From Bispira polyomma (lineage: Eukaryota), in assembly GCA_965649765.1 (NCBI GenBank), contig OZ287751.1:46686001-46750000 (forward strand): a DNA stretch of 64,000 nucleotides, in the 5' to 3' direction. Both the position numbers and the translations under genes were made by a program. Every line of letters begins with the position of its first letter. Position 1 is the first letter of the stretch. Positions 12,961-24,729 of this stretch are shown here, in pieces. Below the pieces are notes generated by a model. It did no database searches, was not told where the DNA came from, and saw only the letters and a list, made by a program, of their open reading frames with translations.

Positions 12961-13474
12961 TATAAAAGGCACACTCTTCGATTCAAAAGACGGGATCATA
13001 TTGACTGATTCATTGTGTAAAAATTTCTGCTATCTAACGCGAGCTGTTGCTGTATCTTTACCTGGTGCAACAATTTCCTCCTTGACAAACAAACTCAGAT
13101 CCTTTAACCTCTCCAACTACAAAGTTGCTCTAACATTTGTGGGCACTAACGACTTAACGCCAAAATCACTGCAGGAAAGGTCAAACTACTAATCTCGCCC
13201 AACCACAGCATTCTAAAACTCCTATTCATCTTATTCAAGAACAGTATCGATCACTACTAAAAGCAATCAGAGAGAAAAATCCGGATATGTTTTTACTTGT
13301 TTCAGCAATCATCCCCCGTCCCTTTGATTTTATTGAAAAAAAAGTAATTATTTGATGTTAACAAAGCCATTGATGTTATGGGTTATGGTAAACCAAAGGA
13401 CACTCACTTCGAGGAAGGCGGCCTCCACCTCTCACCACTAGGTTCCAGAACCCAACAAAAGATACTTCATGAGT
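12961..13474 (+). pseudogene. SGNH/GDSL hydrolase-like coding region inside the Harbinger
   Basis: Blocks IILTDS, SLPGATI, FVGTNDL, VSAIIPR and EGGLHLSPLG in the correct order across frameshifts; preceded by a polypyrimidine-AG. Confidence 0.75.
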
Positions 13475-13659
13475 AATCTTAATAACAAAATTTTAAAAAA
13501 GGCTAAATTCAGGCAAAATTTCCCAAAGCAAGAACTAGTGTGTCAACAATATATCAATTCAAAGATTAGGCTAATCAGCAACACTACTAGGTGAAATTTT
13601 GCTCAATATTATTATCCCTCAAGACAATATTAGATTGGTTATGATGTGAATGTTAGTTA

Positions 13660-14960
13660 TGAAGTGACACTAGACTTTGTAGCAATGGAGAGTATTACTT
13701 TTAAAATAATAATTTGTGCTTAACATAGATGTATTTCATACTTTTTCTCCCAAACTGCCTTCTACGCTATGTCTGGTACCTGGCCACCTTTGGCTGCACT
13801 CTGCGATTCTTTCACCATAGAATGTCTTCTCTGTTGGTGGGAATATTTGTTTACGGCATGGGTTGGTAATAGGTGGTGATAGTGGTGGATATCAAATAAG
13901 TCTCTACTTGGGTGTTTATTGAAGTGTCTTTTTAGCAAGTTTTACAAAAAAGTAATGTGAGATTTCAATAATTTGAACACTTTGTATAAGTGCATATTGA
14001 AACTTGAATAATGTAAACACCTTGTGTAATTGTGCTTCAGTGATGTATTGCACTTTAAAATCGATACAGCCAAGACAATATTTAAATATTAGGTTAGATT
14101 GCTTACAATGTGAACGTTAATAATATAAAGTGCCATTGGACTTTGTAGCAATGGAGAGTATTACTTGTAAAATAATAATATATGCTTAATGTAGATATAT
14201 TTTATATTTTTCTGCTAAACTCCCTTCTACACTAAGTCGGGTACCTGGCCACCTTCGGCTGCATTCCACTACTCTTTCACCATGGAATGTCCTCTCTGTT
14301 GGTGGGAATGGTTGTTGCTAATAGGTAGTGATAGTGATGGATATCAAGTAAGACCCCACTCGAGTGTTTAGTGAAATAGTACATATCAAGCTCTGCTTAT
14401 CCCATATTCTTTGGCAAACACCTTTTACGCTATGTCTGATTCCTGGACACTTTAGGCAGCACTTCACTATTCTTTTACCATGGAATGTCCTCTTTACTGG
14501 TGGGAATTGTTGTTTACGGTGGAGGTCGGGAATAGGTCGGTAATAGCAATGTATGGAAAGCAGAAGGAACTAGTATATTTAAATGTTGAACAATAGTGAA
14601 TGGAATGGAATTAGCATATTCGAATGTCTGATAAAATGTGGAATTAGCACACAAGTACACCTAGTGAATAAGAGTATATTAAAGTGATACATTTTTCTGC
14701 TTTATAAAAGTGCAATGTGAAATCTAAATAATGTATAGAAAACAAATAGTGTGAGAAAGGTGTTAGAAAACACTAATGGGTTTAGTGTATTTAAATGTTA
14801 CAGTAATATACACCTATTCCACCTTTGGCTGTACTCTGCTATTCCTTCACCATGGCCTGTCTTTTCCTTTGATGGAAATGGTGGTTTGCAGTGGAAGATG
14901 GTAAATGGGTACATTTTGAAGTGATGGATATCAAAAAACTCTCCGCTTTGTAAAAGTGCA
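13660..14960. repeat. Four diverged copies of a ~140-bp core inside the Harbinger (near 13762, 14227, 14425, 14815)
   Basis: Recurrent tacctggccacctttggctgcact...tttcaccatggaatgtcctctctgttggtgggaat. Confidence 0.85.
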
Positions 14961-15049
14961 ATGCGAAACTTGAAAAATGTGTGGATAACTAGTGTAATTA
15001 GTATATTTAAATCTATAAAAATCCTCCATAAATAAATCCTCCATATTCA

Positions 15050-15520
15050 AATGAGTCATATATTCCACGAGAAAATATTCTAATCTCAGAAATTGAGCTA
15101 ATGGAAAGTCAAAACCCTAACCCGGAAATAACAAAATTATTGATGCAAAGGGCCAAATTAGAAGAGTTACACAATATCGAAATGAAAGGAAAGATATTAA
15201 GATCGAGAGCCCAATGGCTCAAAGAAAGGCGAAAAGCCAACAAAATTCTTCTGTTCTTTAGAACGAAATAATTATTTGGAAAAAACAATAAAACATCTAA
15301 AAAAGCCTAATGACGAAACAGTTTATAATAAAAAAGACATCCTAACAGAAATTAAGCTCTTCTGCGAAAGATTGTTTAAAAAGAATAAATATAATTTAAG
15401 CCCAGAGAAAGTTAAAAAAATTTCTCCAAATTATCAAAAGAAGATTCGGAAAAGTTGGAAGGCGAGTTGAATATTTTTGAAATTAGCCATGCATTAAAAT
15501 CAATGAAACAAGGAAAATGC
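15050..15520 (+). pseudogene. L1/Tx1-like LINE ORF2 linker fragment inserted in the Harbinger
   Basis: KGKILRSRAQWLKE/GEKPTKFFCSLE..., EISHALKSMKQGK. Confidence 0.8.
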
Positions 15521-15691
15521 AATTTAGTATGTAAGGGGGTGTTCTTTGTCTCTGTAGGGTGGATTTTTTGTGTTGTGTATTTCATCATGAGGGGTTTGGG
15601 TTTGATTTTATTTTGTAACAAAAACTCAGAACATGTTCTTGGATGTTTTGGGTGGCCTTGAAAAGGGCTGATTGTTTTTTTTCTGCCTCAG

Positions 15692-17011
15692 GCTCAGGGG
15701 AGGCTCAAAACACAGTCATTCCGCCATGGCACTGCCCCCTCGTTCATAAAGTAGTCCATCAGGGCGTCTGTCTGTTCCTTGGCTACTCGGCTAGGAGTTC
15801 TGATGTTGGCTGGGTTGTGTTCCAATCAGTGCAACCTGTGGTTTGGGGGGGGGGGGGGGGGTCATCTGCTGGGTTTGGGCGGTCTCCTCCTTGGTTGATA
15901 ATTTTACTTCTGAGCATGTTGTGGAGGACTACACAGGCTAGGGTTAATGTGGCTACCAAAGGTGGTTCCTGCTGCATTGTCGAGAGTAAAAGTCTAAACC
16001 TGGCCACTAATATACCAAAGGCATTCTCCACTACCCTTCTGCCCCGGGATATCCTGTAGTTAAACATCCGTTGACTGGGGTCCAGGCCTCGTCTGGAGAA
16101 GGGTTTCATCATCCAGGTCTTTAAGGCAAATGCGTCATCTCCCATGATGAAGTAGGGGGTGGGGGGCCTACCAGAGCTTATGGGTTCAGGTGGGGGGAAC
16201 TTGATAGACTGGTCTTCAATCTTTTCTTTCAATTCAGATTGGTTGAAAATCTGTGAATCAGACCAGGAGCCACTGGAACCTCGGTCCACCCACATGAAGC
16301 GGTACTCAGCATCCACAATGGGCCAGCATAACGATAAAGTGGAATCCCTTGTAGTTGTAGAACTCACTCCCCCCCTTTCTTGGACATCTCATTGCTATGG
16401 TTTTGCCATCTATGGCCCACAGGGCATTGGGGACTTGCCTCTGTAAACAACGACCTTCTTCCAGTTCTCTGGGGTGGTGGGGCAGCAGAGAAATTCTTCC
16501 TGGAATTCGTCGATGATTGCCTGGCAAACCTCAGGAACAAACGTGGTAATGGTTGACCTCCCCACCTGGAATGCGTACTGAAGTGAGATTTTCGACTCCC
16601 CATTTGCCAAATGTCTTAAAGTTATTGCAATCTTCAGTCCAGGTGAGAGTTCCTTGCGGTACCAGGTCGTGTTTTTTGCAGTCTGTGGGCCACTCTCTGC
16701 TCCAGTTCTTGGAAAAACTCCGGGGTCATCCTCAAAAAGTTCCTATACGACCGTGTATCTCGTGCCTCTATCCGTGACAGAAGTGCCAAGTAGTGACCGT
16801 GCTCCTCCCTATCCCTGATTAATGGGTTTACCCAGAACCTCCTTGGTGCTATGGTTCTCCTGATCCCGATATTATTAGCCTGATTCTGATTCTGTGCCGG
16901 CATGAGATTTTGTCTTCTTCTTCTTTGACCTTGAAAATGTTTAAGTATCCACAAAAATGCTAACAAAGCTTGTAGAATCTGGGCAATATCTATAATCCTT
17001 TGGGATATCAT
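15692..17011 (-). pseudogene. Harbinger (HARBI1-like) DDE transposase, several frameshifts
   Basis: RNFLRMTPEFFQEL, AIDGKTI, FYNYKGFHFIVMLA, GDDAFAL, FNYRISRGRRVVENAFGILVARFR, YFMNEGAVPW. Confidence 0.93.
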
Positions 17012-18361
17012 GTTGCTCAGTTGACTTCTCAATAAAAACTGTCTGGATTTGTGTGCTGTCCCCCTAAATATAGCGTTTTGGAGGCGAATAACGAGGTTCT
17101 GTATGTCTCCCGATTGCAAAATTGTAAGATGTAGGTCTTCAAGGTAGCAAGTATTTGGGACCGAAGTACTGACCTATCTCTATGATCGTAACATTTTGTC
17201 CCGACTTATCTTTGTCAATCGGGATGATTTTTTGGCAAGATTCCCGATCTGTTCCGATCTATTGGGCCTTGCTCCGACCTATCTTTATAATCGGGAACCA
17301 TTACGATTATAGTCCAGCCCTTTTTTCCAAAATCGTGGCAAAATGCTGAAGATTGCTCCCAACTGCATTATCGGGGTCTTCTCCCGATCGGTCAGGATAG
17401 TGTGACAGCAGCTTAAACGAAGACATAAACTAAAAAGTTAAAATGTTAGAATGTTACAGAATACTACAGGACCTATCTACATGCAAGGCATGTGTGGCAG
17501 CAGGGATGACTTACATGTGTGGTGGTATTAACGGAAGTGGGTATGTATGTCTGACCAGACTACCCCTCCTACTATTTAGCTCAATGTGACCATTTGCCTT
17601 AAATTGCCGAACATTATGGTGCCTTAACCTTATACAAAAGTTAAAAGTTTTACTTCTATTATATACATAATATACATGTATTGTATATACGAATTTGAGT
17701 CTTATTAACAATAACCAACTAAGGCTTGATCCTGTCGCTTGAGCTGTGCTTGTTCTTGCCTTGACTCTTGCTTGACTCTGCCAAACCTATCGACCCGGCC
17801 CAATCACTACAATCTCAGGGCCATTGCATTGACCCGATTGAAAACAAATGCCAAGTCTGCTGATGGCACGGGATGAGAGGTGGCCGTGTGGACACAAGAG
17901 CGGAATAGCAGAAACCGAGGACCTAGATAACCATGTGACTACCATTAACTGATTGTGTTGGATCCAGGGCACTGCTGTTGTTCCCTCAGGCGTGTCCATC
18001 CCAACATTGCATGACTGTCTACAACTATATAACAGATTATTGGATACTTGTTTAAGATCATCTTTAATATATAGATTTTATGTGTTTTTGGCCAGATGCA
18101 ATGAGGACTTATCACTGGAGCCGATGATTATACTGGCTGGTGCTGGAACAAGGCAGTTAATTCTAAGGTAACAATACAAAACTTAGAGTGGGTACATGTT
18201 GGGTGGGTTTCGAAGCTCTGCAAATTGGGTACTTTGGCTTCAAAAACTTTAAAAAATATGGCTTTCAATAGAAACTAGTAAACAGAGCGGGAATGTCGGA
18301 ACCAATAAGGTAGCTTAGAATGGACTGACCCACTGTTGTAGGGCCAGGAATGAACTTGATT

Positions 18362-18642
18362 GAACTTTTTATTCTAAGCTACCTTTGTGTTTTATATACA
18401 CATATTTAAAAGACATTAATACTGTTAAATACTTCTTCATAATATTACTGTAATACTGTAAAATACTTAGTCATAATACTACTGTAAACATTAACACTAT
18501 AAAATACTTATTCAAGATATTATTAGAAATTTCGAGGACGAGCACGGTCACAATGCGCTCCTGGGGTAATAAGAGGGCATTGGCCAAATGAATGAAAATA
18601 GTATGTATATAATGCCTGCTGATAGTGCTCTTCGTTAATTTT
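18362..18642 (+). repeat. Dispersed repeat, SINE-free paralogue of 10604-11095
   Basis: Colinear similarity without the SINE insert. Confidence 0.8.
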
Positions 18643-19189
18643 AATGGCCACTGAATTGTATACTCATAGCAAACAGATAATAGTTGCGGTGGTTTAGTTA
18701 TGAAATGGAATAAGTGTAGCAGAATTGCCTATAGTTCTTGACAATTAATTTAAAAAAAAATCTTAATTGAAGTTGATTCCGTTTCTGAATAATTAAGTCT
18801 GTGATGTATATTAGCCTTCACGAGGCTAATGTGTGAATAGTCTTTTTTAAGACTCGGTCTTTGTAAGACCTCTTCATTTATTATATTTCCTTGTCCAAGG
18901 TAAATTAACTTTATTTGAATTTAATTAATTTTAGTATTTTAGTCCGTTTAGTTAGAGGTATGGCAATTTAAGACCATACTTTTACATACATTTATTGGTA
19001 ACAATAGTGTAAATATGGTTTAGAGTAGCATACTTAACTGATAATGTAGTCAAATAACTTAGGGTTAGGGTCGCCTTAAAAACGCATACATTAAGGTCCA
19101 CTCAGTTGGGGTGGCCTCAATTGAATTTATGTCTGAAATATTTTACTGGTTTTAGGGTTTTTAGTTGTTTTACCCTTTTTACTGTGACA

Positions 19190-20226
19190 ATGTCGCCAGT
19201 ATTTAATTGTTCAAAGTGTCAGGGAAAGCATGAGAAGCCGGTTGGGGCTGCTTGTACAAACGAAGCCGTGTCTGTCGAAGTCTCTGCCAATGCCGGCTTA
19301 ACTGAGGATTCATCCGCTCCCATCATGAATGCATGTTTGGAATCGAATGTTGTTTCTAATCAATTTTTTTTACAACTCCAATCCATGGTGCTGATGATGG
19401 AGTGGATAGATCAACCAGCAGACTGAAGCGGCATTGGCAGGGAACAAAAATCAGGCTAGTAGTACCTCAAATTCTAGTATGGCTAGAAACATTTCCACTC
19501 CCTGTAACGCTAGTAGTTCTGTGAACAATGCCAGTAGTGAGACTTTGCCCTCGGATAGTATAATCCCGGGTGTTGAATTCCTACGTAAAAATACTCAGAT
19601 ACAGAGCCAAGTAGAAGTAAGATTAGCAGAACTTAAACAGTTGAATGAAAATCCGAATCAAGGTGAACTGAAGTCTCAGGGGGGGGGGGGGGGGGGTTGA
19701 TGTGCTAGTGAAATACGTTGTCGAATGGCCTCAAAACCACGTTTTAACGGGTAGTTTTAACTCCAGACCGACCTAAGATGACCTCTCACTGAACCAATGA
19801 GTATGTGGGTTTACTCGGATTATTTATGAAGAAAAGTCTAATGAAACCCGTGAAATAATGCTTGATTATATGGCAAATTTGATGGAGGACGTGGAGGACT
19901 TCTCCTGGGAAGCCGCAAAAGCATGTCATGCTGTTGTCCTCACCCATAAGGAAATGGACAAGGTTAAGTGGTCAGATGTCGACAAGCCCGACAGATTTCG
20001 TGGAGCACATGCCCAGCGACATGTCGCTAGTAACAGTTCCGGTACTGTTAATCGAGGTTCAAGTAAAGGTAATGCCTCAGCAAGCAGTCGACTGCTAACT
20101 GTAAGTTCTACCAGGGTGACTCATGCAAATTTCCCAATAGCCATAAGACAGGGAACACCTACTTTAAACACGTTTGTGAGTCTTGTGGGGGGACACAGTT
20201 ATGCAGTGGCAAATCACGTTAATTAA
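19190..20226 (+). pseudogene. gag-like ORF1 of DIRS element 2
   Basis: N-terminal CxxCxxxH..C; MLDYMANLMEDVEDFSWEAAKACHAVVL segment typical of DIRS gag. Confidence 0.75.
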
Positions 20227-20825
20227 ATCTAAATTCATTTTGATCAAACTGTGCGAAATAAAATGCTTGCATATAACAAAGGCACACGGGCTTGTTGTTC
20301 ATATAGTGAAATGGTTAAAAGTGTACATAATGTCAAACGTGTTACTAAAAAAGTTGTAAATAAAAATGTATGTCCCAAGGTGAGTGAACGCATGGGTAAA
20401 GTTCCTTCTCGGGGTGGTGTCAACAACAAACACAAATAAGCTCTCCCACACTTTCACAAAGCCTTAGGTGTGAATAGTGTCAATACAGGTGAGGTGTCCT
20501 TTGTCCCTTCCACGTGACAGAAAAATCAAAACTGTGAGTTGGGACAGGGGAACACCTACACTAATTCAAATAATGTCAGGCTCGTCATGGTACAACAGGT
20601 TTCAACCCCTCAGCCAAACCATTGTTGAGACGGATGACAACAATGGGGAGGTTCAGGGCAATGAAAGTGGAAGTATGGGTACCCACAAGGATCCTCAACT
20701 TAAAATTGTAAATAATTGTGATGGTGCTAAAAAGCAGGGTGTAAACCCTTGTAAGGAAGCAAATAAACAATTAAAAACAAGGTGACTCAGTTGCCTCCTC
20801 TGCCTCCTCTGTCGATGTTTTCGAA

Positions 20826-22000
20826 ATGCATGCCAAACTGCGTAGGGATGAGAGACATAACTATAAGGGTTTGCAACTTGGGGTGGAATCCCAGTTAAAT
20901 GCTCAGAAATGGCAGGATTATCTCGTTGGTTATTGGGACTGGCAGTTGCCCCTATTAGTGAAATATGGGTTCCCCCTGAACATCTGTAGGGACAAAATTA
21001 GTAAATCTGAGAACCCAAATCATAACTCGGCCGAGACTTTTCCCGAACACATAGAAACCTACCTTAAGGAATAATGTCAATTTGGGGTGATTTTGGGGCC
21101 TTTTCAGGACACCCCAATTGAACACCTTCGTTGCTCACCCATGATGACACGGGAAAAAGCAAGCTCTGTTAACAGAAGAGTTATTGTTGATTTAAGCTGG
21201 CCACATGGCCAATAAGTTAATGCAGGTGCATCAGCGAATTCCTACCTCGAGACTGAATTTATATTATCATATCCTTCGATTGATGACCTCACCAAGGAGG
21301 TTAGTAGACTTGGTAAAGGGTGCCATATTTTTAAAGTAGACGTAAGTAGGGCCTTTATGCACGTCCCTATCGACCCTGGGGACATAAATTTGTTAGGTTT
21401 AAAGTAGAAACAATATTATGTTGATAAATGTCTGCCCTTCGGATTACCAGAATGGCAACACCATATTCCAGCAGTTGTCGGACACCCTCAGGTTTATAAT
21501 GAAAAATTAAGGACATAACGTCCACAATTATATAGATGATTTTTTGACGGTAGCGCTTCCAAGCACAATAAGTAAGACATATGCTAGGCTACAAGCTTTC
21601 CCCCAGGAACTACGATTAATAGTCAGTCAGAAAAAGCTGGTGCCCCCCAGCACTCGGGTACTATGCCTAGGTATACTGATAGACACCGAAAATTTCACCA
21701 CCTCCATTCCGGCTGAAAAAATGGATGAAATTACGAACAAATGTGCTATTTGGCAAGACAAACAATATTGTACCAAAAATGAACTCCAATCCCTACTGGG
21801 GTCCTTATTGTATGTGGCTAAATGTAAAAATATGAGTTTTTCGCTCACAAGGCCATCCATGCCCAAGTGGAACTAGATTCATGCTTAACTGGCATGGGAG
21901 GCCTTTGTGGTAATGAGGTCTACAAGTTGAAAATACCTGAATCTATGACAACCGACAATATCGCTTCTTTGGAGATGATTAATATATTAGTAGCTTATGT
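20826..22000 (+). pseudogene. RT-RNase H of DIRS element 2 (stops, deletions)
   Basis: KVDVSRAF, LPFG, YIDD, LQSLLGSLLYVAKC, DSCLTG..SLEMINIL. Confidence 0.85.
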
Positions 22001-22029
22001 TTCAGAAGTTCATCCGGTGGATACTTTAC

Positions 22030-22940
22030 TTAGAAGCAAAGCTTGTAAAAGACTGCACTCTGCCTTTGCTGAGTCTACAGCCAGAGCCTATGATAACATG
22101 TTTGAGCTGTTTTGTTTTTGGTCTTTGGGGCCTTTATGCAGTGGCCAGTTAAGCAGGTGAATGTATTTGGTCTTTTATCTTTTCTGGAGTTTTTAAGCTT
22201 TAATCACATGTCAGCTTCTCCAATTGCTAACCACCTTTCGGCTGTAAAAGCTAAGTGCATTCTTTTTCATATAAAGGTGGACTGCTTCTCAGATCCTCGT
22301 ATAAGTTATTACAGTAAGGCTCTAGCTGTTAATAGACCCCTACGAGCAAAATTAAAAGCCGTGTTTGATATTCCATTGCTAACTGCCTTGGTGTCTAAAT
22401 GTGACAGTACTTAATCTTGTGCCAAATCTTTAAGGCCGTGTACCTCACTAGTTTCTTTGGTTTTCTTCGGCTTTCAAATTTATGTCCATATTCTGTGGTG
22501 GCCTTTTCTCCCCTCAAGCACTTGGCCAGAGGGGATGTGCTCTTTAAACCTAACTATATTACCAGTTCTGCAAAATTTCAGCCTGTGTCCTGTAGCGGCC
22601 CTGAAGAACGTCTTGGCCCTTTCCCCCTCTGGCCCTAATACTCCTCTTTTTCAATACAAGCTAGGTGGCTCCTGAATCCCGTTAACAGACACGAGGGTAC
22701 GACGACACCTGAAGAATGTCCTGCAGCTCCTGGGCTGTGTTCATCTGAATCTCACGTTTCACACGTTCCGGTGTTCAGGTGCTACTTTCGTTTTTAATAA
22801 TAATGTCAAACTACAGGACATCTAGCGTCATGGCACCTGGACGTCGGACTGCCTTTGGAGATATATTTCAGATTCTGCACAGACTGGGTTCCAGGTTGCG
22901 GATTCCTTCCAATTGGCCCTTCAGCCTACCCTTAGGTAAC
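22030..22940 (+). pseudogene. Tyrosine recombinase of DIRS element 2
   Basis: R (FLRLSNL), H-x-x-R (HTFR) and H/Y (HGTWTSDCLWRYI) catalytic motifs. Confidence 0.88.
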
Positions 22941-23901
22941 TATGGTGTTTGGTAGTCTGGCATCTATGGGTCTCCTGTAAAATAAAGACATAAATGTTAA
23001 TGTATAATAAAGGCATATTGGACAGTTCACAATTTCCACTGTCCTTGGGCATAAGGTCAACTTATATCTCAGTACATCATGTACTCTTACATATCTGATT
23101 TTCAAATCACGTTGCGACCTTTATAGCATGCTGTAAAGTAACATTAAACTCAAGTTAGGGTCACCATTTGGTGCCCTCAACTTAGTAGTAAACTCAAACT
23201 AAAGGTATGCTTTAATAAAAACTAAAGTGAAATTTAGGGTCATTTAATGGTGCCCTTAATCTGCATACCTCACATACACAGGTTGCTATTCTGAAACCTA
23301 ATTAAGCCCTCAAAATCTCTAAATCTAAGGTGGCTTTAAGTCTACCTTACCTCTTCTAAATTTAAGGTGACCTTACGTTCACCTAAAACAGTACTGCTGA
23401 ATTTAAGTTGACCTTATGCCCTAACCTTAATCTCATAAACTGTACATAACACACCTGTAGATTTAACAGTGCTAGATACTAATAAAATATTTCCGCAATT
23501 CTTTTACTGTGTTGATTAAGGCAACAACAGGCTTTAAAGCTTGTTATAACTAACTTTCCCTTGTACCACGGGGAACTGTGACAGGCCTTACACATTTACT
23601 TATAAATTAGGAGTTTGCGTACATTTAGAGTGTATTCGAACCAACAGTAATACCTTATATGGAATTTTTTAGGCTTTTCATTTTTACTGTTTTTAAATGA
23701 AAAATGTTTCAGGGGTAGACTATGCACAGCAGTACTTACTTAAAAGTGTAAAAATAATTCTTTAGAAATACCAAACTTATGTATATTAGAAGGAGATAGT
23801 ATAGATTCAAGTTTTACTTAGTGCTGTCTTTTGAATTATTATAAGACTTGGAATATTTAGGTTCTTTTTTTATGTCATGGTGTCAAATGTAGTATATACA
23901 G

Positions 23902-24725
23902 TGTTACATATGGGGACATTGTGGTGTGTGGAAGAAAAACCGGTCTAGTTAGTACTAATGGTTTTACACTCTGCTGGAGTGAGCTATTTATAGATTTGGG
24001 GAAACCCCTAGGTTTCTAGAAACCGGTTCTATTTTATTTCTGAAGGTTATTAAAGTTGTATTCATATGTATATCTCATCTCTGGAATGTCCTAGCGATTG
24101 CTTACACATTCTAGCAACCTTCTCTAGCAGTGGTATATATAAGGGTTGACAGCCTGGCCACAGAAGAGATTTAATGGAGCAGAGGTGCTATATGAATGCT
24201 ATATGAATTGCTATACTGTGGATATAAACTGTTTGTTATATACATTTTGTGGTGACCTCATTGGAGTGAACTAGATAAAAGTTGTGGATCTACCAGAGAT
24301 TGGATTTACTGCATATTGGATATTGTTTGCATCCTGGACTGGATAGCTTAGTTGTGCAGACTCTCTGGATATATACATTTTGTGTGCGTGGACACTGAAC
24401 AGATAACAGGATACAGGCATTGTGTGGACAGTGAGCGGATCTCAAGACAGATTGCTGGATGCAGTGGACAAACTGGTTTAATTGTTATTTAAGTGGACAG
24501 GACTGTGGTCAGGTCAGATTGATTTCATCATTGTATTATTGTGTGAGCTATTCAGTTGACTGTAATTTTGTAATTCTGTAATTTTGTAATTGTATAATTT
24601 TGTAATTCTGTAATTGTTATTTTATTTGTTAAAATAAATTTGTTAAGTGAAACTTTTTGTCTTTTCCTGTTACAACCTCAAAGCAACCGGTAATTGCTAC
24701 CGCGCTTGCTCCCGTCACCGTAACA
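23902..24725 (+). mobile_element. Solo LTR (824 bp) with 5-bp TSD
   Basis: TGTTAC...GTAACA termini; TSD tacag at 23897-23901 and 24726-24730; tatatataa near 24135; aataaa near 24633. Confidence 0.9.
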
Positions 24726-24729
24726 TACA

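Larger units (their letters stand above)
11317..17413. mobile_element. PIF/Harbinger DNA transposon with both ends, convergent MADF and transposase genes, degenerate
   Basis: TIRs agtggctgtttcactatcc / ggatagtgtgacagcagct (15/19 match), TAA on both flanks (11314-11316, 17414-17416), subterminal cccgattgtaaagata repeats at both ends. Confidence 0.88.
19060..23430 (+). mobile_element. Second DIRS-order YR retrotransposon (gag, RT/RNaseH, YR), degenerate
   Basis: gag with CSKCQGKH..C; LVKYGFPL; SPMMTREK..RRVIVDLSWP; NYIDDF; ELDSCLTGMGG; FFGFLRLSNL, CPVAAL, FHTFRCSGAT, HGTWTSD..Y; palindromic motifs at both ends. Confidence 0.88.

Noticed and set aside
15643-16059. 138-aa plus-strand ORF and similar antisense ORFs over TE genes
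   Set aside because: Shadow frames of the transposase, RT or YR on the opposite strand
17720-18175. GC-richer stretch resembling an exon or a hammerhead ribozyme (ctgatg..gaaa)
   Set aside because: Stops break every frame I read, no recognisable domain, and the CUGAUGA core with its required stems is not present
19059-19070. TTAGGG telomeric repeat
   Set aside because: Only two units, overlapping the DIRS terminal palindrome motif; too short to call an interstitial telomere
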